This document shows, one piece after another, positions 42,963-52,956 of a stretch of 64,000 nucleotides of DNA. The notes below the pieces were generated by a model that was not told the DNA's origin, ran no database searches, and was given only the letters and a program-made list of their open reading frames with translations. Positions within the stretch are counted from its first letter, which is position 1. Every line of letters begins with the position of its first letter. This DNA is from Nitrospirota bacterium (lineage in GTDB: Bacteria; Nitrospirota; Nitrospiria; Nitrospirales; Nitrospiraceae): the NCBI GenBank assembly GCA_963701855.1, contig CAVPBK010000011.1, forward strand, positions 217,171 to 281,170. The letters are read 5' to 3'. Both the position numbers and the translations under genes were made by a program.

Positions 42963-43265
42963 AAGCACTCAGAAGCTAGGCCGGTACCGATCTTCCTTCG
43001 GCATCTGTCCCACAAACTCCACCGCCCCGCATCTGCGTGAACTCTTCTCCAACTCCGTTAGCCCCGCAACATCCCACAAGTCCCTGCAGCACGATTAGCG
43101 GCGCATGTCTCTGTTGCCTAGGGCCACTCTTCGCTCTTTTTTGCCGAGTTTTGTAAGCGATTTCTGACACGAAAACTAGGGCGGTTCCTAGTTCGTACAC
43201 AACTCTGTCCTGTCACCATGCAAGGGACGCCCCCCGCATCGCACTTCAAACCGGAGGTTATCGCT

Positions 43266-43547
43266 ATGCAAGCTCGATCCCCTCAACGCGAAAAGGAAGA
43301 ACGCCAGACAAAGACCCGCGTGGTCATAAAACAACCGCCACCAGAAGAAAAGCATGTCGAGTACGAGGAGGCATCGTTGGGCACTCAAGCGATAATGAGG
43401 AAGGATGACAACATCGCAACCTTAGCCTATGCGCTCTATGAACAACGGGGGCGAAAGGATGGGCGCGATTTAGATGATTGGCTCGAAGCAGAGCAACGGC
43501 TCGTGAGTTGGGAACAAGATAGGGGGGTATTAGGGCAGTCCCAGTAG
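43266..43547 (+). CDS. DUF2934-domain protein
   Basis: IATLAYALYEQRGRKDGRDLDDWLEAEQRL; GGAGG RBS. Confidence 0.85.
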   Translation: MQARSPQREKEERQTKTRVVIKQPPPEEKHVEYEEASLGTQAIMRKDDNIATLAYALYEQRGRKDGRDLDDWLEAEQRLVSWEQDRGVLGQSQ

Positions 43548-43658
43548 CCCAATTACACGGAGGCTGTAAATTTCCACGAGTTCAGAACCGCAATGGTATG
43601 ACCTGTGGCCGATCCTCCCACGGTTGTGACGCAGTCAGACCAGAGTGGAATCTGAGGG

Positions 43659-43692
43659 GGCTCGGTTTCGAAAGGAACCGAGCCTTTGTTTT
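43659..43692 (+). terminator. Intrinsic terminator
   Basis: GGCTCGGTTTC-GAAA-GGAACCGAGCC-TTTGTTTT. Confidence 0.75.
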
Positions 43693-43775
43693 AGCTAACG
43701 ATTCAGGAGAAGCAGATGCTGCTTTAACGGCTTATGGTCATTGTAAGGAAAAAGCTGCGTGGAGCTACTGCCACC

Positions 43776-44465
43776 TCACCGCCTTTCCCTGCTATGCTTC
43801 GCTCCTTTCCTCTGCCGTAGATGTCTACGCGTATTTCTAGCCTCTTGCTCCTTTCGTCGTTTGTTGCGCAAGGCCCGCATCGATGCAACTCGCTGGCAGG
43901 CTCGTGTGCAAAACTGCTGTTTCCGTCTTGCTTGAACGAAGAGCGTTGGGCAATGCTGACACTGCCTCAGCCGATCACCTGCTCCCTTCAACCCCAAAAA
44001 GAATGAGTATAGCAGTCCCTTCCCGTGTAGGGGATCCACATGCTCTCCAATAAGGCTGCCATAGAGAAGCTTTGGCCCAGGACGAAATCGAGGCAATTCG
44101 ATAGACGTATAGAGCTCGAACGCCTCGAACTCAATCCGTCCTGTGGTCGTGAGACGCCCCAAGTATTCTGCCACTTTGTTTTGTATTTCGGGTAACTGGG
44201 CCGCTGTGTCCGCATCAATTTGGTACTGGATGACATCACCATAGCCCTCCTCTTGAATGGCACGCACCTCCTCTCGCAGCTCGCGCAACTCCGTCGGTCT
44301 CATGGTCATCAGATTTGCCTGAGACAATTTGACGAACCAGTCCAAGAGTCTCCGGTGGTCTACCTGGCGGCCTTGCTTCTTGGTGTCGTCGAAATAGCCG
44401 ATTCGCACAAGCGCCTGCGAGCGAACTTTGGGGTCTAGGATAGCCGAAATATTTTCGATAGCCAT
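43776..44465 (-). CDS. CGNR-type zinc-finger protein (putative regulator)
   Basis: RLRQCQHC..LFV..RRKQQFCTRACQRVASMRALR with a basic tail. Confidence 0.7.
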   Translation of the reverse strand: MAIENISAILDPKVRSQALVRIGYFDDTKKQGRQVDHRRLLDWFVKLSQANLMTMRPTELRELREEVRAIQEEGYGDVIQYQIDADTAAQLPEIQNKVAEYLGRLTTTGRIEFEAFELYTSIELPRFRPGPKLLYGSLIGEHVDPLHGKGLLYSFFLGLKGAGDRLRQCQHCPTLFVQARRKQQFCTRACQRVASMRALRNKRRKEQEARNTRRHLRQRKGAKHSRERR

Positions 44466-44597
44466 TGTTGCGTTACTCCTTAGTCACAAGCAATTTAACG
44501 CCACTGCAGTTGCTTTACTTGATATTGTACCGCAACCAGTCTAGTCTCTCCCTGTCACCAGGTCAAGGGGCATCAATAAACGGAAAGGGCCATCACC

Positions 44598-44795
44598 ATG
44601 AAAGAGAACCCAGGCAACCTAATTCGAGTGTCGGAAGCTGCCGCGAAGCTTGGCCTTAAACCGAGCACGATTCGCAAGATGATCATGCAACAGCGAATCG
44701 AAGTGTTTCGGCCAACTCCACGTAGCGTCAGAATCTCTGAGCGAACGATTGAGATGATTCTGGCTAAAGGTTTTAGGCCGGCGGTTTCAGCTTGA
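44598..44795 (+). CDS. Excisionase/AlpA-like HTH protein
   Basis: LIRVSEAAAKLGLKPSTIRKMI...SVRI. Confidence 0.8.
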   Translation: MKENPGNLIRVSEAAAKLGLKPSTIRKMIMQQRIEVFRPTPRSVRISERTIEMILAKGFRPAVSA

Positions 44796-45130
44796 GCGGC
44801 AGGTACGAAAGGAACGCGCCCGAAGTGACTACGAGTAACCCTAGCCAGACAAGGCAAGTCTACGGGCACATCATTACGGTCGATCGGTTTCAGCCATTTG
44901 TGAGTCGCTGCGGTATTGATCAAGTCATTCGCCTGCAATTCGCGTACGACCCGGCTCTCATCTCGAAAATCAAAGCGCTCCTCTGCGTCTATCAAGTCGG
45001 CTCCGAGCACAAAACCGTCGGCGGCTGGCTACCGAAACATGGCTGTTGGTTTGTGGAACCGAGCGTGTGGGATGTGGTTCGTATGGAATTGCTCTATCTC
45101 GGATATCGTGTCATGGAGCGGAAATCGTGA
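44792..45130 (+). CDS. Small protein with a HARP-like motif
   Basis: LQFAYDPALISKIK...W.PKHGCWFV; translationally coupled to both neighbours. Confidence 0.55.
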   Translation: MSGRYERNAPEVTTSNPSQTRQVYGHIITVDRFQPFVSRCGIDQVIRLQFAYDPALISKIKALLCVYQVGSEHKTVGGWLPKHGCWFVEPSVWDVVRMELLYLGYRVMERKS

Positions 45131-47133
45131 GCGTCACATTACTCGCCGAGCACCTCGCCGACCTGAAGAATAGCGGACTCACGGATCCTTCCGTTGAGTT
45201 GCTGAAATGCACCGCAGTCCCGCCGCACCAGATCAAAATCAAGGGTGTTGAATCCGCATATAGCTTACCCTATTTCACCCTCGACGGCGTAGTGAATGGA
45301 TTCCACCGGATGAAGCTGTTTCCGCCGGTCAAGACCGATCACGGCACTATGCGCTACTGGCAACCGCCGAACACGTCACCACATTTGTATCTTCCTCCGC
45401 TCCTGAGCTGGCCGAATGTTGCGCGACATATCACCACGGAGCTCACGATCACGGAAGGGGAAAAGAAAGCCGCTTGTGCCTGTCAGCATGGCCTCATCAC
45501 GGCAGCGGTTGGTGGGGTGTGGAACTGGACCTCGACACTCGACAATGGTGAGAAGTTGACCCTGCCAATGTTGGATGAGTTCCAATGGACGAATCGATTC
45601 ATACTAATTTGTCCAGATAGTGACGCCTGGCAGGATGGTAACGGGGTACAGATCCTCGCCGGATTCTTCGCGCTTAGTAAAGAGCTGCAACAGCGCGGGG
45701 CGTCCGTGCAGTTTGTGCGGCTTCCCGATCTGCATGGGACAAAAACAGGCTTAGATGACTGGCTCGTCGTTCCTGGAAATGATGTTGAACATAGTTGGCC
45801 GAAACTGGAGCGGATCTCTCTCGACGATGCCCGCTTCGCCCCTCTCACGGCCTGGTGGCAATCATGGAAATCCAAACAGGCGACGCATGCGGCGATCAAG
45901 AGCCAAGACGCCGAGGAATTAGACCTCTCGGAAACCGCCGGCCTGTTCCTGGTGCACTCCAAGGCTCATAGCGTGCGGATGACCTTCGACCGGCTGAGTG
46001 AAGCGCGGGGCGGCGTCTCTGCGGAATTGAGCATTGTGCTTGGGACAACAGAAATCCGCAGTGGAGTCGATATCGGACTCAAGAGCGATAGCGGACAGAC
46101 GAAACTCGCGAGCGGGTTGACTCCCATGGCGTCAGCTGTTCCCTGGAAATGGCTATTACAGAAATCCTGCGCCTTGGTCCTGAAGCGGCATCGGGAGGGT
46201 GAACCCCTGCGGATATTGGCAGTGGACACGCTGGTCGAGCCGTTGACCTATCAGATCAACCCGATCGTTTTCCGTGGGAAGCCCACGGTGCTATTTGGTG
46301 ATGGTGGACTTGGGAAATCCTCGTTCGCCTTGCTCTGTGCCATGCTCGTGAGTATCGGCGAGCCCGTCGCTGGCATAGCCGCCTTGCCCGGCATTCCCCT
46401 CTATCTCGATTACGAAGATTCCTACGATGTACACGTGCGACGGATGCAGGCGATTGCGGCCTGCCACCCGAACCTCAGCAAGGCCACTGTCCACTATCAG
46501 GCCTGCACAGAACCGTTGACCAGCCTGACACATACCCTGCTACGTCGCATTCAAGCCGAAGGCATTACCTTTCTCGTGTTGGATAGTCTCGCCGCAGCCA
46601 CAGGCGGCGATGCCGGAGCGGAAGCCGCCACGAAGGTGTTTCGAGCCATCCGCACCTTAAGTCTCGGAACCATGATCGTCGCGCATATCCCCAAACCGAA
46701 CGGGGAAGGTATGGATCCCAGTATCTATGGCTCGGTCTTCCACAAAAATTTCGCGCGATCCACGTGGGAACTGCGGAAGGAACAGGAAGTCGGCAGTGAC
46801 ACGGCTATCCTCGGCCTCTTCAATCGCAAGTCGAACTTGTCCAGACTCCATCATCCGATCGGCCTCAAGGTGACCCAAAACGCAGAGAATAGCCGGATTC
46901 AGTATGAGGCCTTCGACCTGAGCCAAGCGGTGGAACTGGCCAGCGCCTTGCCCTTACCGAACAGAATTCGAAACCTCTTAGAAGATGGGGAACCCAGAAG
47001 CTCAAAGGATATTGCGGATGAACTCGGGGCAAAGTGGGCCTCGGTCAAGGCGGTGCTTTCAAAACATAAGGGCACCAAGTGGCAGATGGTGGGTGAGCAC
47101 AAGGACACAAAATGGACCGTTTTGCATGGTTAA
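45127..47133 (+). CDS. Primase (DUF3854/Toprim-like)-helicase (AAA_25-like) replication protein
   Basis: RYWQP, ITEGEKKA, CPDSD, GLDDWL, Walker A GDGGLGKS, LVLDSL, VAHIPK and a C-terminal HTH. Confidence 0.85.
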   Translation: MSVTLLAEHLADLKNSGLTDPSVELLKCTAVPPHQIKIKGVESAYSLPYFTLDGVVNGFHRMKLFPPVKTDHGTMRYWQPPNTSPHLYLPPLLSWPNVARHITTELTITEGEKKAACACQHGLITAAVGGVWNWTSTLDNGEKLTLPMLDEFQWTNRFILICPDSDAWQDGNGVQILAGFFALSKELQQRGASVQFVRLPDLHGTKTGLDDWLVVPGNDVEHSWPKLERISLDDARFAPLTAWWQSWKSKQATHAAIKSQDAEELDLSETAGLFLVHSKAHSVRMTFDRLSEARGGVSAELSIVLGTTEIRSGVDIGLKSDSGQTKLASGLTPMASAVPWKWLLQKSCALVLKRHREGEPLRILAVDTLVEPLTYQINPIVFRGKPTVLFGDGGLGKSSFALLCAMLVSIGEPVAGIAALPGIPLYLDYEDSYDVHVRRMQAIAACHPNLSKATVHYQACTEPLTSLTHTLLRRIQAEGITFLVLDSLAAATGGDAGAEAATKVFRAIRTLSLGTMIVAHIPKPNGEGMDPSIYGSVFHKNFARSTWELRKEQEVGSDTAILGLFNRKSNLSRLHHPIGLKVTQNAENSRIQYEAFDLSQAVELASALPLPNRIRNLLEDGEPRSSKDIADELGAKWASVKAVLSKHKGTKWQMVGEHKDTKWTVLHG

Positions 47134-47290
47134 CGCCCATGGTTAACGCCCTTCGTGAGTTAACGCTGGTTAATGCGGTTAACGCATGGCGTAACTCTAT
47201 GATTCCACACGATGAAGGCGTTATCCGTGATCGTTAACCGCCGATGGTTAATTAACGCCCCCCTCCTTATAGGAGGGGCATGTTAACCAT
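47128..47290. repeat. GTTAAC iteron cluster, putative replication origin
   Basis: Six GTTAAC plus GTTAAT/ATTAAC variants within ~160 bp, right after the helicase. Confidence 0.7.
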
Positions 47291-47602
47291 CCAATGGAAA
47301 TAAGTAAGAGAGAAGAGGGGTATGCGCCTCTACATGCCCTTAAGTCACGGAACGTCCTCGCGCATGTGACGGGGAGTGGAATGATCGGCTCGCCGGAAAC
47401 GGTGCGCCGATCCTGGGTCCCGGAGTTGAGCGCTCAATTCCGGGGAAACCCGGTCGGTCGACGCCAACGCTGATGGAGTTAAGAACTCGTGAACGGTAAA
47501 CAGGATGACCTTCCCATAGTTCCTGGCTCTCGACGGGGCAAACCAGGGCGTCCTCCAAATGGCGATACAGGCATCTTCGGGAAAGAGGAAGTTGGGCACA
47601 GT

Positions 47603-47878
47603 ATGGGCACAGCGACCATGAAACCACGCACTCAGAGCGGGACGAGTGATGGAGCACCGGTTCAGATAACCGTGGCTCCGGTGAGTCCGAGACTCTTGGA
47701 TCTGCATACGGCAGCCGCCTATCTCGGAGTGTCGGAATGGACGATCAGAGATCTAGAAACCGCCGGCACCGTGTCGCGCGTTCGCATTCCCCTTCCTAAC
47801 GCGGGCGAACTGCGAAAGCTGCTGTTTGATCGTGCCGACTTGGACCGCCTGATTGACGGATGGAAAGACCTACGATGA
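47603..47878 (+). CDS. Excisionase-like HTH protein
   Basis: PRLLDLHTAAAYLGVSEWTIRDL...LLFDRADLDRLID; start uncertain. Confidence 0.8.
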   Translation: MGTATMKPRTQSGTSDGAPVQITVAPVSPRLLDLHTAAAYLGVSEWTIRDLETAGTVSRVRIPLPNAGELRKLLFDRADLDRLIDGWKDLR

Positions 47879-47908
47879 GAAGAACACTTCACCCATAAAG
47901 GAGTACCC

Positions 47909-48622
47909 ATGCTCAACTTGGAGAAAAATCCGTTTGCAAAGTCCACATCCACACCCCCGTCGACGGGATCCTCGATACCTTCGGCGGATAAAGCCGTCAA
48001 GCGCTGGCAATTGGAATACGGGCGAACCCGAAAGCGCGTGGAGGACTTCTCCTCCCAGCTCGACGCGGCGCGCCAGGCCCTTACCGAAGCCGATCAACTC
48101 CTAGGCGATCGCCTGTTTGATGGGGTGGATGTGAGCGAGGCCGAGGCCGCCTTGACGCAGGCTGGAGAAAAAGTCAGCAGACTCGAAATCGCGCTGAAGC
48201 GTGCCGTGCAGCGGGACGAAGAGGCCCAAGTTTCGCTGAAACAGGCCCAACAACTCATTGAGATGGAAGTCGCGCGCGAAAAACTGACGAAGCAGCTCGC
48301 AGCGGGAAAAAAGGTCGATGAATGTTTGGACGGCTTGAGGCTGGCTGTCACAGAGTTCAGCGCCTGTCGGCAAGCAGTCTTGGACTTAGGCGATCCAGGC
48401 ATCAACGCGCAACTCAATGTGGCGGATCTCTCGTTCAAGACCTATCTCTTTCGGGCCTGTCCGACGATGGCCGGCTGCGCGACTGGCTACGCCGCGTTTC
48501 AGACGGATGCGCGGTGGTCGGCCCCATGGTCGGAGACGCTTCCGCAACCCGATCAAGCGGACCACATACACGTCACTGTGCCAGCGGCAAAACCGATCCC
48601 AGGCTGGCAGATCGGAGAATGA
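47909..48622 (+). CDS. Coiled-coil hypothetical protein
   Basis: AAGGAG RBS; heptad-rich 237-aa ORF. Confidence 0.7.
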   Translation: MLNLEKNPFAKSTSTPPSTGSSIPSADKAVKRWQLEYGRTRKRVEDFSSQLDAARQALTEADQLLGDRLFDGVDVSEAEAALTQAGEKVSRLEIALKRAVQRDEEAQVSLKQAQQLIEMEVAREKLTKQLAAGKKVDECLDGLRLAVTEFSACRQAVLDLGDPGINAQLNVADLSFKTYLFRACPTMAGCATGYAAFQTDARWSAPWSETLPQPDQADHIHVTVPAAKPIPGWQIGE

Positions 48623-48628
48623 AATTGC

Positions 48629-49126
48629 ATGGAAGGCACCTTGACGGACAAGCAACGCAAATTTGTGGAGCTCTACACCAGTGGGAAGATGGATAAAGTT
48701 CACGCGGCACGGGCTGCAGGCTATCAAGGGTCCGGGGCGAACAAAGCCGGGAGTCGACTGATGAAAAATCCAATTGTGCGTCAGGCGATTGAAGCGGTCC
48801 AAGCTGAAGCTAGAACTGTAGCGGTCTATGATCTGGCAACAGCGATGCGCGAGGCTGATGACGTGTGCGCCTTCGCCAAGCTCCACAAAAACGCGATGGC
48901 CTACTGCAAGGCTGTGGAGCTACGCGCCAAACTCTCAGGCCTTCTCATCGATAAGGTTGAGGTCGTGAGCGTGGACCTCTTGGCCGCCATGGAAGCTGCG
49001 GAGCGGCGAGTGATCAATGTCACACCCAGAGCGCAAAGCTTGATGGCGCCTGCACGCTGGATCCCCCGCGTGCCAGGTGACGAGAAACCAGAAGCCGGGC
49101 CAACGGATGGGCAAGTCGGAAGTTGA
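48629..49126 (+). CDS. terS: Terminase small subunit
   Basis: LTDKQRKFVELY...AARAAGY.......GSRLMKNP.V...I and KAVELRAKLSG. Confidence 0.85.
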   Translation: MEGTLTDKQRKFVELYTSGKMDKVHAARAAGYQGSGANKAGSRLMKNPIVRQAIEAVQAEARTVAVYDLATAMREADDVCAFAKLHKNAMAYCKAVELRAKLSGLLIDKVEVVSVDLLAAMEAAERRVINVTPRAQSLMAPARWIPRVPGDEKPEAGPTDGQVGS

Positions 49127-49308
49127 GGCAAGGAATTGCTAGACCGAAACGTTGACCAGGGGGAGTACTACCGGGCGGTGGGGCAGGAATTCTGGCCGAG
49201 CGCTCAGATCGACGGTACCTCCGCGGTCCCTGAGCACACCTCTATATATTATTTTAATTGAGATGTTTTTTGAGAAGCCCATAAGGGCTCCTACTGAAAG
49301 GACACGCC

Positions 49309-50036
49309 ATGAACGAATCCACACTCACGCCAAGCCCCGCGTCAGCTCAACCTGACACTTGAACACGGCGCCAGCCATCATCGCTCCCGGTAGTCCACCG
49401 GCTCCACTCACCGCACCGCCAGGCACCGCGTTAGAGATTGCGCAGATGCTGGACGCGAAAACCATTGATACCGCAGGCGCCGGCAAGCTCGCGAGGGCCG
49501 GGAACATCTCCACGCTGCAGGTTGCGCAAGCCTTGAGTACGCTCCGAGAGGCAGCGGAACCGCAAGTGGACGTGAGAAGTGACGCGGAGAAGGAAGCAGA
49601 TCGCGACTTCGGTCCAGCGGCGAAACCCGAAGAATACCTCCTCCGAATGTATGACCCTGGACAAGAGCCGCCTGTGATTCCAAAAGAGGTCTCGGCTTTC
49701 GAGGCGAATGCACGCGGCTGGATGGCTGATGCGGGACTACCTCTGAATCTTGGGAATAGCCTGGTGAACACCCTATCGAAGGCGATCCAGCACACGCACG
49801 GAATGCCCCCCGAACAACGCGAATTGTACAAAGACGCCGAGAATACGAAGTGTGAAAAACTTTTTGGGCCGGACTGGCACGAAACGAAGCTCAAGCCCGT
49901 GGCAGCGATGATACACGAACTGGATCAGCGCCGGCCTGGTTTAAAGGACCTGGTGCGCGCGCATGGCGACCATGCGGTTTTTTTGGCGCAATTAATACAG
50001 GCCGCCACCATCTATTACGCACGAAAGAAAGGCTAA
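49309..50036 (+). CDS. Hypothetical protein, possibly scaffold-like; likely frameshift near the 5' end
   Basis: RBS and ATG at 49309 are out of frame with the long ORF 49359-50036. Confidence 0.55.
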
Positions 50037-50113
50037 GGATGCTCACCCGAGCCGTTCACCATCTGTGCAATCTGGCTCGATCCAGGAAAAGATGTAACCC
50101 AATGGCCCCCGTT

Positions 50114-50329
50114 TCAGCGAGAGGCATAGGCTATCGCTTGAAGGAGACTACTCATATCTCGCGGCCACTCGTGCTTACAGTCTTGATTCACGCAGGCCCA
50201 CAGTTCCAATCGTGGGATCGTCATTCTGTGGCCGGCAATCGTCCAGCTCGCAATCGGCTCCGCATGGCTCAGACATTTGGGACAGGTCATCGCTTCCTCC
50301 TCCCAGTGAAATTTTTCGTAGGGTACCAC
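50114..50329 (-). CDS. Small Zn-ribbon protein
   Basis: MTCPKC...WACVNQDCKHEW; true start probably the internal Met. Confidence 0.55.
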   Translation of the reverse strand: MVPYEKFHWEEEAMTCPKCLSHAEPIASWTIAGHRMTIPRLELWACVNQDCKHEWPRDMSSLLQAIAYASR

Positions 50330-50905
50330 TGGAGGAAAAGGCTGGGACTAGCAAGATCCCTAGTTCGTAGATGATGGACTGATCCTAGATCAGGGCAGGA
50401 CGTTCGCGGAGAAATACATTACCGCAAGTGAACAATGAGCGTTTGAGGTAGAACGATACGGGCTGAACCACACGGCAAGGGCGTGAGATGAGGCTACCTC
50501 TGGTGCGAGTTTTGATTATCGAAACATAATCCCAAGCACGATGCCGGACGCGACGATGAAACCCAACACCAGCAGGGCTTCGAAGAGCGAACGCAGTGCA
50601 GTCATAGTCGGCACTCCTTCACATGAAGGATAGCGCCGATATGACGTTTCGTAAAGCCGGGACCGACTCCAGCGAGGTAGCGGGGCAGGCTCAACAGCTC
50701 ATGAAGTGACGCGAGACGGTGCGAATCGACTGGTGACCACAGGTTTCCCTGTTTCACACGCGCGGGCAACGCGTCGCGGTCACGATGAGAAGACGCATGG
50801 GGGACTTCCCTGGCGAGCAAGACAGACGAAACGGGGCGAGCATGTCTCACATGACAGCATTTGATAGCACATGTACACTACCCCCTTCTCATCAAGGGGG
50901 TGCGC

Positions 50906-51547
50906 ATGGACTGGAAGTTTTGGGTTCCTGTAATTATTAGCCTTCTTGCGCATATCAGTCGATTCGCCAAACGAAATTGATGAAACAGGACATGTTACTA
51001 GAAGACTCCACCTCAAACATAAAAAGATACTGGCCCGTTTGGACACTATTGTTCATAACGATCGGTGTATGGGTTCCATACACAATAACTTGGTTGAAGG
51101 TGTTTCCGAACCAGCCTGTCAACAAAACTCAGAGCACGTAGGATTTGGTCTAGATAGATGCCATGCTGAAATGGATGCGACATTTTCCTGAAATATCGTG
51201 AGGACTACAAGATAGTGTTGGTATGTGGGGTGGCAAACCCAGCCAAGGATAAGTATGAAGATCGGAGCATTTCTATTAGCCAGCCATTCACAATTGTGGA
51301 GGGTAGGATAGAGATAGACCTGCCTTATACGGCAGAAATGATCAAAGCTAGTGAGGAGTATGTGGCCGATCACGCGAAGTCCTCTCATCCCTCACGTGGA
51401 GGAGCGCCGAACCTTCCGTTATTGGGAAGCTTTTGGAATGAATGGGTCCTGATTCCGAAGTCTGTCAATGTGATGGACATCAAGAAACTGTCAGATGTTG
51501 ACGCATATAAGGGTAAAATTGTGAAAAGAGACTTACCTGGAGCATGA
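50906..51547 (+). pseudogene. AT-rich membrane-anchored protein gene with several frameshifts
   Basis: MDWKFWVPVIISLL, RYWPVWTLLFITIGVWVPY and KYREDYKIVLVCGV...DKYED lie in successive frames. Confidence 0.45.
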
Positions 51548-51624
51548 ACTAGGTTGTTTGACATTTTGGCAACGAGGTGTCGTGACAAAGTTATTGCCCG
51601 CGTTTCTTTGATCTGGCCCTTGAG

Positions 51625-51849
51625 TTACTTCGGCGGCAGCAACGGTCCAGCCCATTCGCCCTCAATGGTCGTGATCGGTCCCCTGCAACGATCAGCGGAC
51701 TGATTGTCGACTGTGAGTGTGCCATCCTTTAACTCCGCGTCCACGACATAGGCCTTCGCGTCTCGTGACTTGCGATACCCATAGAGCCCTGGCGCTGTTG
51801 GCTTTTGAGTGGTCCCAACCGGAATCTTAGGCTCTTCAGCGTTGATCAT
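51625..51849 (-). CDS. Small hypothetical protein
   Basis: GGGGAG RBS; KPTAPGLY.Y...GEWAGPL.PP. Confidence 0.55.
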   Translation of the reverse strand: MINAEEPKIPVGTTQKPTAPGLYGYRKSRDAKAYVVDAELKDGTLTVDNQSADRCRGPITTIEGEWAGPLLPPK

Positions 51850-52204
51850 TTCTCCCCTATGAGTAGAAGCTCTGCGAGGTCGACTTGTAGTCCAGACAGC
51901 CGAGGGACTTGCTCATGCGGTTACCCCTTCCCCTTCGGGCAGCAACCCCTTGTTCCTCAGTTCCCGTCCATCCCCTAAGCCTTGCGCAGATACGTCCACA
52001 TGGCATTTTGGCCAGAGCATTTTCTCCCGCCTGATTTGCCACCGCCTGGGCAGGGAGGAAATTTCATATTGTCTGGCACCGATCGCTCGACGCCGCAGCA
52101 CAGAGACATGTACACGCCAGGGACATGGTTCATATCGCCGGTTCGCATGAGCGCCCTCCTATCTGAGACGATCGACGCGGTTGTGACGTGCTCTCCCTCA
52201 CAGG

Positions 52205-52498
52205 TTATTCAGGATGCGCGCTGAGTGTCGCGATCACCTCTTTGAGATGTGAGCTCGCATGAAAGGTCACCACTCGGCGTGCCGTGATTATCATAGCCTC
52301 ACTGGTTGAGGGATTCCGTCCCGGGCGCGCGGCCTTGCTTCGCACCGTAAACTTGCCAAAATTGGGGATAACGATCGGTTCTCCCTTCTGAAGGGTGGTC
52401 TTGAAGAACTCAAGGATCCAATCCAGCAGTATCACCGCGTCTCGTTCCGAAATCCCTGCCCGCTGATGTATTCGCTCCGCCATCTCGACCTTACGCAT
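52205..52498 (-). CDS. IHF/HU-family DNA-bending protein
   Basis: IPNFGKFTVRSK.ARPGRNP.T....I.ARRVVTF.AS. Confidence 0.92.
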   Translation of the reverse strand: MRKVEMAERIHQRAGISERDAVILLDWILEFFKTTLQKGEPIVIPNFGKFTVRSKAARPGRNPSTSEAMIITARRVVTFHASSHLKEVIATLSAHPE

Positions 52499-52504
52499 TC
52501 GGTC

Positions 52505-52690
52505 TTATTTTCCCTTCGGCTTGTCCCGGTATTTTTTCATCAGATCATGCAGCGCTTCTTCGATTAGTTCGTTGAATCGTCGACGTTGGCGTGCGGCCAT
52601 CACCCGGACTTCCGTCACAAGATCTTGACTAATGCGTGCACCGATCTGCTGCTTTGGTGGAGGCTGTGGGGAAGGGGGCTTAGGAGACAT
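52505..52690 (-). CDS. Ribbon-helix-helix protein (putative repressor)
   Basis: QIGARISQDLVTEVRVMAARQRRRFNELIEEALHDLMKKY. Confidence 0.75.
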   Translation of the reverse strand: MSPKPPSPQPPPKQQIGARISQDLVTEVRVMAARQRRRFNELIEEALHDLMKKYRDKPKGK

Positions 52691-52697
52691 TTCGGGC

Positions 52698-52776
52698 ACG
52701 TTACTGAAAGGCTCATAGCGTGTCAAGTAACATCGCTTGACATCATTATAGGTAACATGGTAACAATGTTACCTAT
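52698..52776. promoter_or_regulatory. Divergent promoter/operator region
   Basis: Minus-strand TTGACA-N17-TAACGT 7 nt before ATG 52690; plus-strand TTGACA at 52737; palindrome ATAGGTAACAT-N7-ATGTTACCTAT. Confidence 0.7.
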
Positions 52777-52794
52777 CAGAAAGGAGGTGAGATA

Positions 52795-52935
52795 ATGAGA
52801 ATGACGAGACTGAACATCCAACTACCAGTGCCCCTCAAGGCCAAGCTCGACGCCGAGCGCAAGCGGGGCACGAGCGCGGCGGGATTGATTCGGCATTTGT
52901 TGGAGCAGCATTTCAAGGCTAAAAAGGCGGCGTAA
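52795..52935 (+). CDS. 46-aa CopG-like RHH protein (not in the ORF track)
   Basis: AAGGAGGT RBS; MRMTRLNIQLPVPLKAKLDAERKRGTSAAGLIRHLLEQHFKAKKAA. Confidence 0.8.
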   Translation: MRMTRLNIQLPVPLKAKLDAERKRGTSAAGLIRHLLEQHFKAKKAA

Positions 52936-52956
52936 CGCATCACCAAGGAGGCGGCG

